Shown here piece after piece: positions 43,079 to 52,252 of a stretch of 64,000 nt of DNA. Position numbers and translations under genes: made by a program. The DNA comes from Caldisericia bacterium (GTDB lineage: Bacteria; Caldisericota; Caldisericia; JAAYUI01): contig OY771555.1 of assembly GCA_963674785.1 (NCBI GenBank), positions 480,001-544,000 on the forward strand. Reading direction: 5' to 3'. Under the pieces are notes generated by a model. That model saw only the letters and a list, made by a program, of their open reading frames with translations, had not been told where the DNA came from and ran no database searches. The first letter of the stretch is position 1; every line of letters begins with the position of its first letter.

Positions 43079-44671
43079 CTAAATCTCCTTCATATGAAAA
43101 ATGGTTTCTGAATAAAATCCCCTATTCTTTTCAACCCTATTTAACACTGGTCTTTCATATCTATCAACAATCTTTAATCCAGCTTTTTCTGCAATTTTTG
43201 GGTACAGGTTGTATTTGTCATTTGCGACCAAGAAAATATTGAAATCTTTTTTCATATAAGGAATAAAATTCAAAAGAACCGTAGAAATCGAAGAAACATA
43301 TGAAGTCTTTGCTTTCTCACCCTGTCCCTCAAAAAGTGGACCAATTTCAGAGTTATCATTTCTCTTCAAACCAAATAATTCATAAGCGTATGCGTGTTGC
43401 TCATGATAATCTATAAGACCAACATACGGTGGGGATGAAAAAATACCAGAAATACCTTCTCTCTTCAACATCTCCGCAAATTTTGGATTTGATTTTTCCA
43501 ACTCTCTTGTAGTAGAGGTTTTTCTGCTGTCTCCATGAATACAAACCTCCCAAGCACCAGTCTTCAGTTTATCAAACTCCGACAATCGCCTTAAAGTATC
43601 AGATGAGTATCTACGCCACCATTTCTCAATTGAAAATAGTGGTTTGCAAATCCTACCATGTTTCTTGCAGTAATAGGGTTTAAGAGTGGGCTTCACTAAA
43701 GTACCAAGATCAGAATGTGTCGTTGCTCTACATGATCTTGTTGTACGACTCAAGATGACCATCAAGACATGTCTGATCTTCTCGTCTGAAACCTTGTTTA
43801 TTTCGCCTTTTAAAAATTCAATCTCTTCCCTAACTGGTTTTGAATACCATCTACCCATAAAGCTATCATCAGATTTTTGTTTTACCTCAAAACTCTCATC
43901 AGCGACAAGTTTATCAAAATCATATATCACCTGAGATTCAATTTTTTTTGTATAAGATTTCTCATCTATCTGACCAGACCTAACCCTGTACCTGTACTCA
44001 GGCGAAGGGAAATATTTACTGTTATACCCATAAAGAACTTTTTGAAGCTTCTCCTCAAACAAAATGTTTTGCCTGTTTTTTTGAAACTCTGAGAGTTTTT
44101 TTGATAAGTCTGATAAAATTCTCGAAAGCTCAAGTAGGTCATGTTCGCCCACTTTTACTTCACAAATTATCTTGTTGAACTGGGAGATATCGATTCCTAT
44201 CCCGTTTATTCCAAGTTCGTTTGCCTGGATTAGAGTTGTGCCACTCCCGCAAAACGGATCTAGAACAATATCGCCTTTCCCAAAAAAGACTTTCTTCTTG
44301 AAATCATCGGTATGGTTATCCAAGAAGTATTCAACAAGCTGTGGAATAAACTTCCCTTTATATGGGTGAAGTCTATGAACATGTTTTGTTCGTTCGAATT
44401 CTCGGTACTCTTTAAATGAAAGGTTCCAGTTAATATGCTTGCCATTTGACTTTTGCGCACTTTTGAAGTCAGTATGCTGTTTATCAAAATACTCTTTCAG
44501 ATCATCTCTAAAGATTATCGGTCTAGACTTGGTTCCATTGTTTTTTACTCTACCATACGAAACCAGGTAGGAGATGTTTGAAATACTAATTTCCTTTTTA
44601 CAATAACTTGTTGCCCATTCACTTGCCTCTAGGAAACCATGGAATTCCTTTAAATATAGATTCTTTTTCAT
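43079..44671 (-). CDS. N4-cytosine DNA methyltransferase with N-terminal HTH-like region
   Basis: HRLHPYKGKFIPQL, DPFCGSGTT (motif I), SSPPY (motif IV); start at 44671 or 44692. Confidence 0.88.
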   Translation of the reverse strand: MKKNLYLKEFHGFLEASEWATSYCKKEISISNISYLVSYGRVKNNGTKSRPIIFRDDLKEYFDKQHTDFKSAQKSNGKHINWNLSFKEYREFERTKHVHRLHPYKGKFIPQLVEYFLDNHTDDFKKKVFFGKGDIVLDPFCGSGTTLIQANELGINGIGIDISQFNKIICEVKVGEHDLLELSRILSDLSKKLSEFQKNRQNILFEEKLQKVLYGYNSKYFPSPEYRYRVRSGQIDEKSYTKKIESQVIYDFDKLVADESFEVKQKSDDSFMGRWYSKPVREEIEFLKGEINKVSDEKIRHVLMVILSRTTRSCRATTHSDLGTLVKPTLKPYYCKKHGRICKPLFSIEKWWRRYSSDTLRRLSEFDKLKTGAWEVCIHGDSRKTSTTRELEKSNPKFAEMLKREGISGIFSSPPYVGLIDYHEQHAYAYELFGLKRNDNSEIGPLFEGQGEKAKTSYVSSISTVLLNFIPYMKKDFNIFLVANDKYNLYPKIAEKAGLKIVDRYERPVLNRVEKNRGFYSETIFHMKEI

Positions 44672-44706
44672 TCCTTCTCTCATACACCACACCTAAAAAA
44701 ATGCTC

Positions 44707-44721
44707 ATCGGATAATCCGAT
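44707..44721. promoter_or_regulatory. Palindromic operator candidate at the methyltransferase promoter
   Basis: ATCGGAT-A-ATCCGAT overlapping the 3' end of the minus-strand TAAAAT -10. Confidence 0.45.
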
Positions 44722-44965
44722 TTTAATCAGATAATGAGTTTACACAATAAACATGCACAGATGTTTTTTTGTCCCACAAATGTGTAATAAACCGAAAACT
44801 GAAGTGTTACAAACATTAGCAATAATGGTTATAGATTCCTTGATGAGAAATATCTGCCCGAATATCTGATGTGCAATATTTTTACAATTTGTGAAAAATA
44901 ATAACAACTTTGAAGAGAATATGTATATAATTGAGTTTTTTAACATAGATAAATCCCCTTTTCAC

Positions 44966-44993
44966 TTGACACAAAGGGTCTGTAGTTTATAAT
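44966..44993 (+). promoter_or_regulatory. sigma70 promoter of the M23/bactofilin operon
   Basis: TTGACA-16-TATAAT; 5' UTR hairpin TTGGTGT...ACACCAA follows. Confidence 0.7.
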
Positions 44994-45066
44994 GTTTCCT
45001 TGGTTGGTGATTGGTGTGTTCGCAGGACGACACCAAACATTGTTATATGGAGAATGATATATCTAC

Positions 45067-46068
45067 ATGAACAAGGGCTATGACACCAAAGAAATGAAGG
45101 TGATTCCACTAGGTAATAGTGGGAAGCGACCTTTCACGATAAGATGGGGCTACCTCTACGTCGCAACAATTATTTTTGTGATTCTAGGTTCGTTGCTATT
45201 CAATTTCACCTTTGTCCTGTACCCAGAAAAAGTAGAATCATACAACCTTGCAACCTCAATTGATACAAGCGAACTCATTTCTAGACTAAGCCAGGTCAGG
45301 GCACAGGCCACCCCTGAACTTCGCATATATGATGAATCTTCCAAGCTTGCGCTCGAAAACCTTGAGGTTTTCCATAACTCAAATGTCACACTAAGATCTG
45401 ATAATGATTTATCCGAGCCAATCCTATCTCCCGCCGATGTAACTGATCCTAGCCTTCACAGTGAAAATGCTTCATTTTCTGATCCATCCGAAATTGCTGG
45501 GAAGCTCTCCGCCGAAACATCCGATATGATGGAGAGACAAGAGCTTTTGTCATATGAAATTCCAAAGTTAGAAAGGGATTCTGAGAATATCTCTTGGGTA
45601 AAGGCACATACACCTTCAAGATACCCTGTTCCAGACGGTGTCACCAGAGAGATTAGTTCTGATTATGGCTACAGAATTCATCCAGTCTATGGTTATCCAA
45701 AATTCCATGAGGGAATCGATATGCACGGTGTTTCTGGTGAAGAGATACTCGCAACAGCAGACGGAACGGTTACAAAAGCCGGATGGTTCGGTGGATACGG
45801 TCTCTGTGTAATAATTGTTCACAGAACCGAACCAAAGATAGAATCTAGATATGGTCACCTCATTCGTGGGGGCGTTAAAGTAAAAGTTGGGGATGTTGTA
45901 AAAAGGGGAGATGTTATTGGTCTGATGGGGTCAACTGGTGTTTCAACAGGGACTCATGTTCACTATGAAATCAGAGTTGATGGCAAGCACGTAGATCCAA
46001 AGGATTACACAATGAAAAATTGGTCATGCGGTGGTTTCCCCTGGGAGGAGGAAGCAAGTGCAGAATAG
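45067..46068 (+). CDS. M23 family metallopeptidase (transmembrane + coiled region)
   Basis: HEGID, YGHL, GSTGVSTGTHVHYE. Confidence 0.9.
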   Translation: MNKGYDTKEMKVIPLGNSGKRPFTIRWGYLYVATIIFVILGSLLFNFTFVLYPEKVESYNLATSIDTSELISRLSQVRAQATPELRIYDESSKLALENLEVFHNSNVTLRSDNDLSEPILSPADVTDPSLHSENASFSDPSEIAGKLSAETSDMMERQELLSYEIPKLERDSENISWVKAHTPSRYPVPDGVTREISSDYGYRIHPVYGYPKFHEGIDMHGVSGEEILATADGTVTKAGWFGGYGLCVIIVHRTEPKIESRYGHLIRGGVKVKVGDVVKRGDVIGLMGSTGVSTGTHVHYEIRVDGKHVDPKDYTMKNWSCGGFPWEEEASAE

Positions 46069-46666
46069 AAAGTTTTCAATTTTTTTTTCAATTGCGCTTA
46101 CAGTTATTTTTATTTTTTCAATCATGTTGATTCCACATCAAACAAATCTCAAACCAGCGGGAGAAGCCTGCTATTATGAACCGGTAGATTTTGATTTGAT
46201 GGATTATATATATGTCGAGAATCTCCCTGAATACACCTGGGAATTCCCACTTTCAAACTTCTCGGAAAGAGAAATTGATCGCGGATATGGTTGGAAAATT
46301 CACCCAATACATGATTACCCGAAATTCCACGAGGGAATTGATATTAGAGGTATTGTTGGTGAAGAAATCTATGCAATGAGTTCTGGCACCGTGACAAAGG
46401 CCGGTTGGTTCGGTGGATATGGTCTTTGTATTATCATTAAACAAGAAAACGGTGTCGAGACAAGATATGGTCATCTCGCCAGAGGTGGCATCAAGGTAAA
46501 AGTTGGAGACATTGTGACAACGGGTCAGCATATTGCGGGCCTTGGGTCAACAGGTATTGCAACAGGTCCACATCTTCATTTCGAAGTAAGGATTAATAGC
46601 AAACACATAGATCCAATGGATTACCTAATGAAACTCGGAGGAGGAAACTATGCTCCTATCAAGTAA
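46058..46666 (+). CDS. M23 family metallopeptidase (short)
   Basis: GGAGG RBS with GTG 46058; HEGID, GPHLHFE. Confidence 0.88.
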   Translation: MQNRKFSIFFSIALTVIFIFSIMLIPHQTNLKPAGEACYYEPVDFDLMDYIYVENLPEYTWEFPLSNFSEREIDRGYGWKIHPIHDYPKFHEGIDIRGIVGEEIYAMSSGTVTKAGWFGGYGLCIIIKQENGVETRYGHLARGGIKVKVGDIVTTGQHIAGLGSTGIATGPHLHFEVRINSKHIDPMDYLMKLGGGNYAPIK

Positions 46667-47618
46667 GAAAAGAACAAACCACATCAGCTTCATGGTGGTT
46701 CCACACTATGATGCAAAGGTCAGAACAATAAAGATTCCATACGTTTTGATCTATGGACTTGTAATAGTTTTGGTCATGAGTGGTGTTATGCTCTGGCAGC
46801 TCGTCTCAAAGTATGATGCAATGAGCCACGAGATTGCCGTTGCTGAAGAAACCAACAACTCAAGAACAATCGCACTTCTTGAGGAGAGTTTCTACAGGAT
46901 GAGCAATGAGCTTGAAGGAGAACAGAAGAAGGTTTCCGCAATCTCCGAGTGCATGACAGAAATCGAAAGGCTTGATGATGAAATAATGGCTGCTGCTGGA
47001 TTTGACATCAAAGCCAATGATTGGGAAGCAAGCCTTATTGCAAACGGAAGAGCCCCAGAACAAACACTTAAGCCAGCGTCCATAAGCCCAGAGGTAACGG
47101 ACAACATCAATCGTGTTGCAAACTCAATCGTTTCAGAAAGAGACCAGAGAGAACGCTCACTTGCAATCCTCAAAGCCAACTATGAAGAGGCACATGACAG
47201 AATGGATGCCACACCATCAGGACTGCCATGTAAAGGAAGAATTCAGGATGGATTCGGATACTATTCATGGCGTGGAAGATTCCACTATGGAATCGACATC
47301 ATCACCCCAACAGGCACCCCAATTTACGCTCCTGCTGATGGTAAAGTAATCAGAACAGCACCTGGAACATATGGTGCATATGGTAACATGATCGATGTTA
47401 TGCACGATGGTGGAATCATTACCAGATATGGTCACCTCAGCGCATTCTATTGCGAAGAGGGTGATTATGTCTGTAAGGGTCAGCTTATCGGTGCAGTAGG
47501 CAACACCGGAAGATCCGCCGGTTCGCATCTTCACTACGAAATCAGAGTTGGCGCATCCATTTCTGAAAACGGATTCATCCACCAGGGTGAGGCAGTCGAT
47601 CCACTCAACTTCCCATAG
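46650..47618 (+). CDS. M23 family metallopeptidase (transmembrane + coiled coil)
   Basis: HYGID, YGHL, GSHLHYE. Confidence 0.9.
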   Translation: MLLSSKKRTNHISFMVVPHYDAKVRTIKIPYVLIYGLVIVLVMSGVMLWQLVSKYDAMSHEIAVAEETNNSRTIALLEESFYRMSNELEGEQKKVSAISECMTEIERLDDEIMAAAGFDIKANDWEASLIANGRAPEQTLKPASISPEVTDNINRVANSIVSERDQRERSLAILKANYEEAHDRMDATPSGLPCKGRIQDGFGYYSWRGRFHYGIDIITPTGTPIYAPADGKVIRTAPGTYGAYGNMIDVMHDGGIITRYGHLSAFYCEEGDYVCKGQLIGAVGNTGRSAGSHLHYEIRVGASISENGFIHQGEAVDPLNFP

Positions 47619-47630
47619 GAGATATTCATC

Positions 47631-47999
47631 ATGCTTAAACGAGTCCCTACAGATATTAGAGACAGGTCAGAATCATATATTAGTTCAACAGTCAGAATTG
47701 TCGGAAAATTCATTTGCAACGGTGTTTTAAGGATTGACGGAACACTTGAAGGAGATGTTGAGGGAGAAGGGCATCTTATCGTTGGAAAATCTGGTCATGT
47801 CCAGGGTACAGTAAAAATGAGATCTGTCACAAACCTTGGCACAATTGAAGGTGACCTTTTCTGTACCGAACTGATTGAGCTTCTAGAAGGAAGCAAACTC
47901 CTTGGTGACGTTTCACTCCAGACCTCCAAATTCCGTATCGAGGAAAACGTCACATTCTCCGGAAAATCAAATACCAACCTGGCAACCAAAAAGAAATAG
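47631..47999 (+). CDS. Bactofilin (polymer-forming cytoskeletal protein)
   Basis: LRIDGTLEGDV...LIVGKSGHVQG...IEGDL beta-helix pattern. Confidence 0.9.
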   Translation: MLKRVPTDIRDRSESYISSTVRIVGKFICNGVLRIDGTLEGDVEGEGHLIVGKSGHVQGTVKMRSVTNLGTIEGDLFCTELIELLEGSKLLGDVSLQTSKFRIEENVTFSGKSNTNLATKKK

Positions 48000-48039
48000 C
48001 TCAAATAAAACAAACAAATCAGTTTGGGAGGGTTTTGTG

Positions 48040-48618
48040 ATGAAAAGGGGTACTTTTTCCTTTGCTTTAATTCTTACTTTTGCTCTCTCATTGGTTTTCA
48101 TGTCCTGCACCGGTACACCGGACTCTGATTCGCAAAACAGGTTTTCTATTGATATTTCAGATAAATGGGAATGCATTGCTGATAATTGGATTTCACACGA
48201 ACAATGTCAAAGAATCGATTTTGAACTACATGAAGGTGATTCTGTAAACGGTTTTTTATACATAGAAATCTATCCTGACTGGGCATATTTTGGTGATGGA
48301 CAGAAGATGAGTTTTAATGATATTGTAGAAGCAACCCACATTGAGCTATCTTTTTTAAACTGCGAAAAATATGACAACATCAAGCTCGGAAGCCATACTT
48401 ACGGTAGATTTTTTACACCTCCACACAATACTCATGATGATTATTGGCACGACATGTTGACACATGTGACGCTTGTTGGTGATGATATGATCAGAATTCG
48501 AACGCTTCTCCCCTCGCTTACAGATGATAATGATAAGCTTTATGATGAGGAGATGCTTCAAATTCTCAAATCACTTAAATTCAAAGATCTGAAAATGAGT
48601 GATTTTCAAGATTATTGA
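48040..48618 (+). CDS. Hypothetical lipoprotein
   Basis: GGAGG RBS; MKRGTFSFALILTFALSLVFMSC lipobox. Confidence 0.7.
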   Translation: MKRGTFSFALILTFALSLVFMSCTGTPDSDSQNRFSIDISDKWECIADNWISHEQCQRIDFELHEGDSVNGFLYIEIYPDWAYFGDGQKMSFNDIVEATHIELSFLNCEKYDNIKLGSHTYGRFFTPPHNTHDDYWHDMLTHVTLVGDDMIRIRTLLPSLTDDNDKLYDEEMLQILKSLKFKDLKMSDFQDY

Positions 48619-48699
48619 TTCCTTCAAACCTTGAATAACAATCCATAGACAACGATAATCTACCTGTAAGAAATATCCGGATATTACGGGGGTAGAAAC

Positions 48700-49266
48700 A
48701 TGAAAAACACAACTGTACAAATCACAAGAACCGCATTATTCATTGCACTCGGAGTTGTCATTCCATTGGTAATTCACACCGTTGGTGCAGGAAGATTTGG
48801 AAGAGCACTTCTTCCCATGCACATTCCAATTCTTCTTGCAGGTTTTTATCTTGAACCACTGTATGCAACGTTTGCTGGTCTTGTGACTCCGTTCCTCTCA
48901 TCAATTTTGACAGGGATGCCACCACTCTACCCAACAATGTATATTATGGTTTTTGAACTCGCAGCATATGCTCTCTGTGTGTGTCTATTCTTTAGACTTT
49001 TTTCAAGATATAAAAAGCTCAGAAAGTCAAAACTACATATAATTCTAGCATTAATAATCTCAATGATCATTGGGAGAATTATTTCAAGCGTTGGTTCATG
49101 GATACTTGTAGGCAACAACACACTTGGATTTGGAAGCGCAATGACACAAATTTCAATTATTTTTGCTGGTCTTTTTGTGACAGGATTGTTTGGGATAATC
49201 ATACAACTTATAATCATCCCAACCCTTGTAATCACAACCGAATCATCACTTATAGATTTAAAATGA
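48700..49266 (+). CDS. ECF transporter S component
   Basis: TALFIALGVVIP...LLPMHIPILLAG...GMPP..P...MVFEL; multiple transmembrane helices. Confidence 0.85.
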   Translation: MKNTTVQITRTALFIALGVVIPLVIHTVGAGRFGRALLPMHIPILLAGFYLEPLYATFAGLVTPFLSSILTGMPPLYPTMYIMVFELAAYALCVCLFFRLFSRYKKLRKSKLHIILALIISMIIGRIISSVGSWILVGNNTLGFGSAMTQISIIFAGLFVTGLFGIIIQLIIIPTLVITTESSLIDLK

Positions 49267-49868
49267 GCAATAAAAAAGAGAGGCGAACAGAGTTTTTTAA
49301 TGAGCGTGCTGCCGGGTGGGATGAATATGCGAAACACGATCCGGAAAAAGTCAGATATATCCTTGATAAGCTTTCAATAAAACCTGGACACAAGGTTTTA
49401 GATGTGGGTTGCGGAACTGGAATACTAACCACTTTTATAACAGATTTGATTGGAGACACTGGAAACCTAAAAAGTATAGACATCTCAAAAGAGATGATAA
49501 AAATCGCAAAATCAAAGTTTTCCATGGAAAATGTCGAATTTGTCTGTGACGATATTGCAACGATAAATATACCAGAAAATCATTTTGATGCAGTTGTTTT
49601 CTATTCGGTGTTCCCTCATATTGACGAAAAGGAAGATGTAATCAGAAGGTGTACCGGTTTCCTCAAGCATGGCGGAAAGCTGAGTGTTGCTCACTCTCAA
49701 TCCAGAAAAGATATCATGGCAATCCACAGCAGAGGTGACGACTCCCCAGTTTCAAATGACTATTTCCCGGAAATGACTGAGATTGAAAAAATGTTTACAG
49801 ATTCAGGATTATCTGTTATATTCAACCGAGACGATAGTCAGATATTTATAATCACAGGGGAGAAATGA
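49263..49868 (+). CDS. Class I SAM-dependent methyltransferase
   Basis: FFNERAAGWD, VLDVGCGTG, FPH; ATG overlaps the upstream stop. Confidence 0.88.
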   Translation: MSNKKERRTEFFNERAAGWDEYAKHDPEKVRYILDKLSIKPGHKVLDVGCGTGILTTFITDLIGDTGNLKSIDISKEMIKIAKSKFSMENVEFVCDDIATINIPENHFDAVVFYSVFPHIDEKEDVIRRCTGFLKHGGKLSVAHSQSRKDIMAIHSRGDDSPVSNDYFPEMTEIEKMFTDSGLSVIFNRDDSQIFIITGEK

Positions 49869-50317
49869 TGAAGAAGTTTGGAGCATTCATCGGTAGAATC
49901 ACAAGAGATGATTTCAGGGTGAATGCTTTTTATGATGTTGGACTCAAGATTCTTATGTTGATTACTGTTGTATTGGAACTTTTTGGTTTATATAGCTTTT
50001 TTATCAATAATCCCATTTACACACTTTTTGTCATTGACATCATCATTGCGATTCTGCTGTTTTTCATTCTTTTTGTTATTAATCTTATCAAAAGAAAGAG
50101 GAACAAACACACCCAAAACATTTTGAATAGAAATGGGGACATTTCACCACTTCTTTCTACTGCGGGTTCAATTTGCTTTTTGATAGCTATATTTATCAGT
50201 CCCAAAAATGCTCCGCTGTTACTGATTTCAATCATTCTTCTCATCGGCTCAATCGCGTTTTATGTTTTAGGGTATAAACAAGCTCAGAAGGATTTACATT
50301 ATGAAAAAATTGCTTGA
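49865..50317 (+). CDS. Hypothetical 4-TM membrane protein
   Basis: Hydrophobic segments; similar to 50301-50717 (ITRD...FYD). Confidence 0.65.
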   Translation: MMKKFGAFIGRITRDDFRVNAFYDVGLKILMLITVVLELFGLYSFFINNPIYTLFVIDIIIAILLFFILFVINLIKRKRNKHTQNILNRNGDISPLLSTAGSICFLIAIFISPKNAPLLLISIILLIGSIAFYVLGYKQAQKDLHYEKIA

Positions 50318-50717
50318 ACAAATCACGAGAGATACGCAAAAGAATAACTTTTTCTATGACTTGTCATACAGATTTTTTTGGATACTCACCTTAGTATCAG
50401 GACTGTATCATTTGACTGACATTATCTCAAACTTTTCTTCACTACTTTTGTTTATCATCCCAGGAATACTGGCTGTCTATTTTGTTTTTTTGATAATGAA
50501 TCTTTCCAAACGCACAAAAAATAACACAGTAACGAGTGGTTACAAATACTCAGGATTGAACTCATTTCTTTCAATCATCGGAGCAATGATCAATATCCCA
50601 AACCTGTTCATGAACAAACACATCGCAATACTCTATATTATCGGATTAGTATTCATGATTGCAGCACTATATTTTACCATCAAGGAATATAGATTCATCA
50701 GCAATTCAAATACCTAA
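50301..50717 (+). CDS. Hypothetical 4-TM membrane protein (tandem paralog)
   Basis: QITRD...FFYD; four hydrophobic segments. Confidence 0.65.
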   Translation: MKKLLEQITRDTQKNNFFYDLSYRFFWILTLVSGLYHLTDIISNFSSLLLFIIPGILAVYFVFLIMNLSKRTKNNTVTSGYKYSGLNSFLSIIGAMINIPNLFMNKHIAILYIIGLVFMIAALYFTIKEYRFISNSNT

Positions 50718-50779
50718 AGCCAGTTAGATTTGTGTTGATTATCGAGTAAAAAAGGAATATATTTGCTGTGGAGGGAGAT

Positions 50780-52192
50780 ATGAAATCAACCAAAATCATT
50801 GTTGCGGTTCTAGCAGTTTTCATTACTGCATCATGCACCGGTTACAAACTTGCGCCGGGGAGTTACAAGGTAGGAAAATTCACATCAACTCTTCCAAAAG
50901 AAGAGTATATTCTCACATCACCAACAGAGTTTCCAGAAGGTTCGATCTACTCACACACGGATGATTTTGTACTACAAACCAAAAACCTCCCCAAACCAAA
51001 GATAACAAGGGAATATGATGAGTCATTTACCTTCACTCCGTATAAAGATGGAAATTTTGAAAAGAGTGGGGAGCTTGAGGAGGCTTGGAGAGTTGAATTT
51101 GTGAAAGATGTCGTCGAACCTTACAATAAAAGGTTTATGATTTATGTTACACCAAAGTCTAAAGATATTTTCAACATAAAACTTTCATATGACCATAGAG
51201 ATGAAAGAAACAAAGAAAAAAATATTGACCCTAAATCTGGAGAAGAGGCCATAGAGGATAATTCCAAATGGCTAGAAAAAAAGAAGATCTTAAGAAATAC
51301 TGTTTATAATGTTAATCATGATCATTGCCTAGTCATCGACGAGGATAACTTAAGTCTTGTCAACAGCAGAAATGAAATCCTTTGGCACCAAAAAGTTAAA
51401 AACTTCAGTTATTATATTTATAATTTCGATGATCTGATTATGCGAAATAACAATTTAATTTTTCATGATGGGTACAAGATTTATTGTCTGGATTTATCTT
51501 GTGGTGAAGTAAAGTGGATTTTATTTAGTGAGAATAGATTGCTATATAGTCATGTCATAAGGTACTCCCCCGATAATATATGGATGCTATTTGCAGATAT
51601 CTACTCTGAAGACGGGAAAGAGTTAACTCATTGGGAGTATTATAAAACGATGGAGGTTTTTAAGCTTAATCTAGATACATTAGAAATTGTAAATGTGGAT
51701 GTCCCGAGCAAGAATGAAATAAAGTTTGTTGGTGATTATTTTTATAATGAAAAAGATGATACATTAAGGGAATATTTGATAAACACTGGACAGATGGTTT
51801 CAGAGTATACACCTCCTGATGACCTTGAGAATGGGTTTTGGCAATTTGATAGCGCGAATCCGTTCTTTTCATTCTTTATGACGGAGGATAAAGAAAGAGG
51901 ATTCAAATTCTTTAACAAAAAGAATAACACAGCGCTAGATGTAATCGATTATTATTCGGAAAACTCTGAATACACCGACAATTTGAAAAAGAATGTTCGA
52001 ATTCAAATGATTTTTTTTGAAAACAAATACTTTGGTTTTGATGACAAAGAATTCTTCGGCTTTGATCCTGAAACAGCCACTAGAACCTGGACTATCAGCA
52101 AAGAAAAGACTGGTGATGATGCATACATCACATACATTGGAGAAGATGGAGTTTTTATTGTGGATGGAGCAACGCTTTATTGTTATAGGTAG
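50780..52192 (+). CDS. Lipoprotein with PQQ-like beta-propeller (paralog of 18771-20225)
   Basis: GGAGG RBS; lipobox TASC; IYCLDLSCGEVKW; shared LAPGS...PKEE...PExSIY..TDDF block. Confidence 0.7.
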   Translation: MKSTKIIVAVLAVFITASCTGYKLAPGSYKVGKFTSTLPKEEYILTSPTEFPEGSIYSHTDDFVLQTKNLPKPKITREYDESFTFTPYKDGNFEKSGELEEAWRVEFVKDVVEPYNKRFMIYVTPKSKDIFNIKLSYDHRDERNKEKNIDPKSGEEAIEDNSKWLEKKKILRNTVYNVNHDHCLVIDEDNLSLVNSRNEILWHQKVKNFSYYIYNFDDLIMRNNNLIFHDGYKIYCLDLSCGEVKWILFSENRLLYSHVIRYSPDNIWMLFADIYSEDGKELTHWEYYKTMEVFKLNLDTLEIVNVDVPSKNEIKFVGDYFYNEKDDTLREYLINTGQMVSEYTPPDDLENGFWQFDSANPFFSFFMTEDKERGFKFFNKKNNTALDVIDYYSENSEYTDNLKKNVRIQMIFFENKYFGFDDKEFFGFDPETATRTWTISKEKTGDDAYITYIGEDGVFIVDGATLYCYR

Positions 52193-52252
52193 AGGTATCT
52201 GCACAAGACCTACCCGTCATTCTGTGCGATCGCTGAGCTTGTCGTGAATCAC

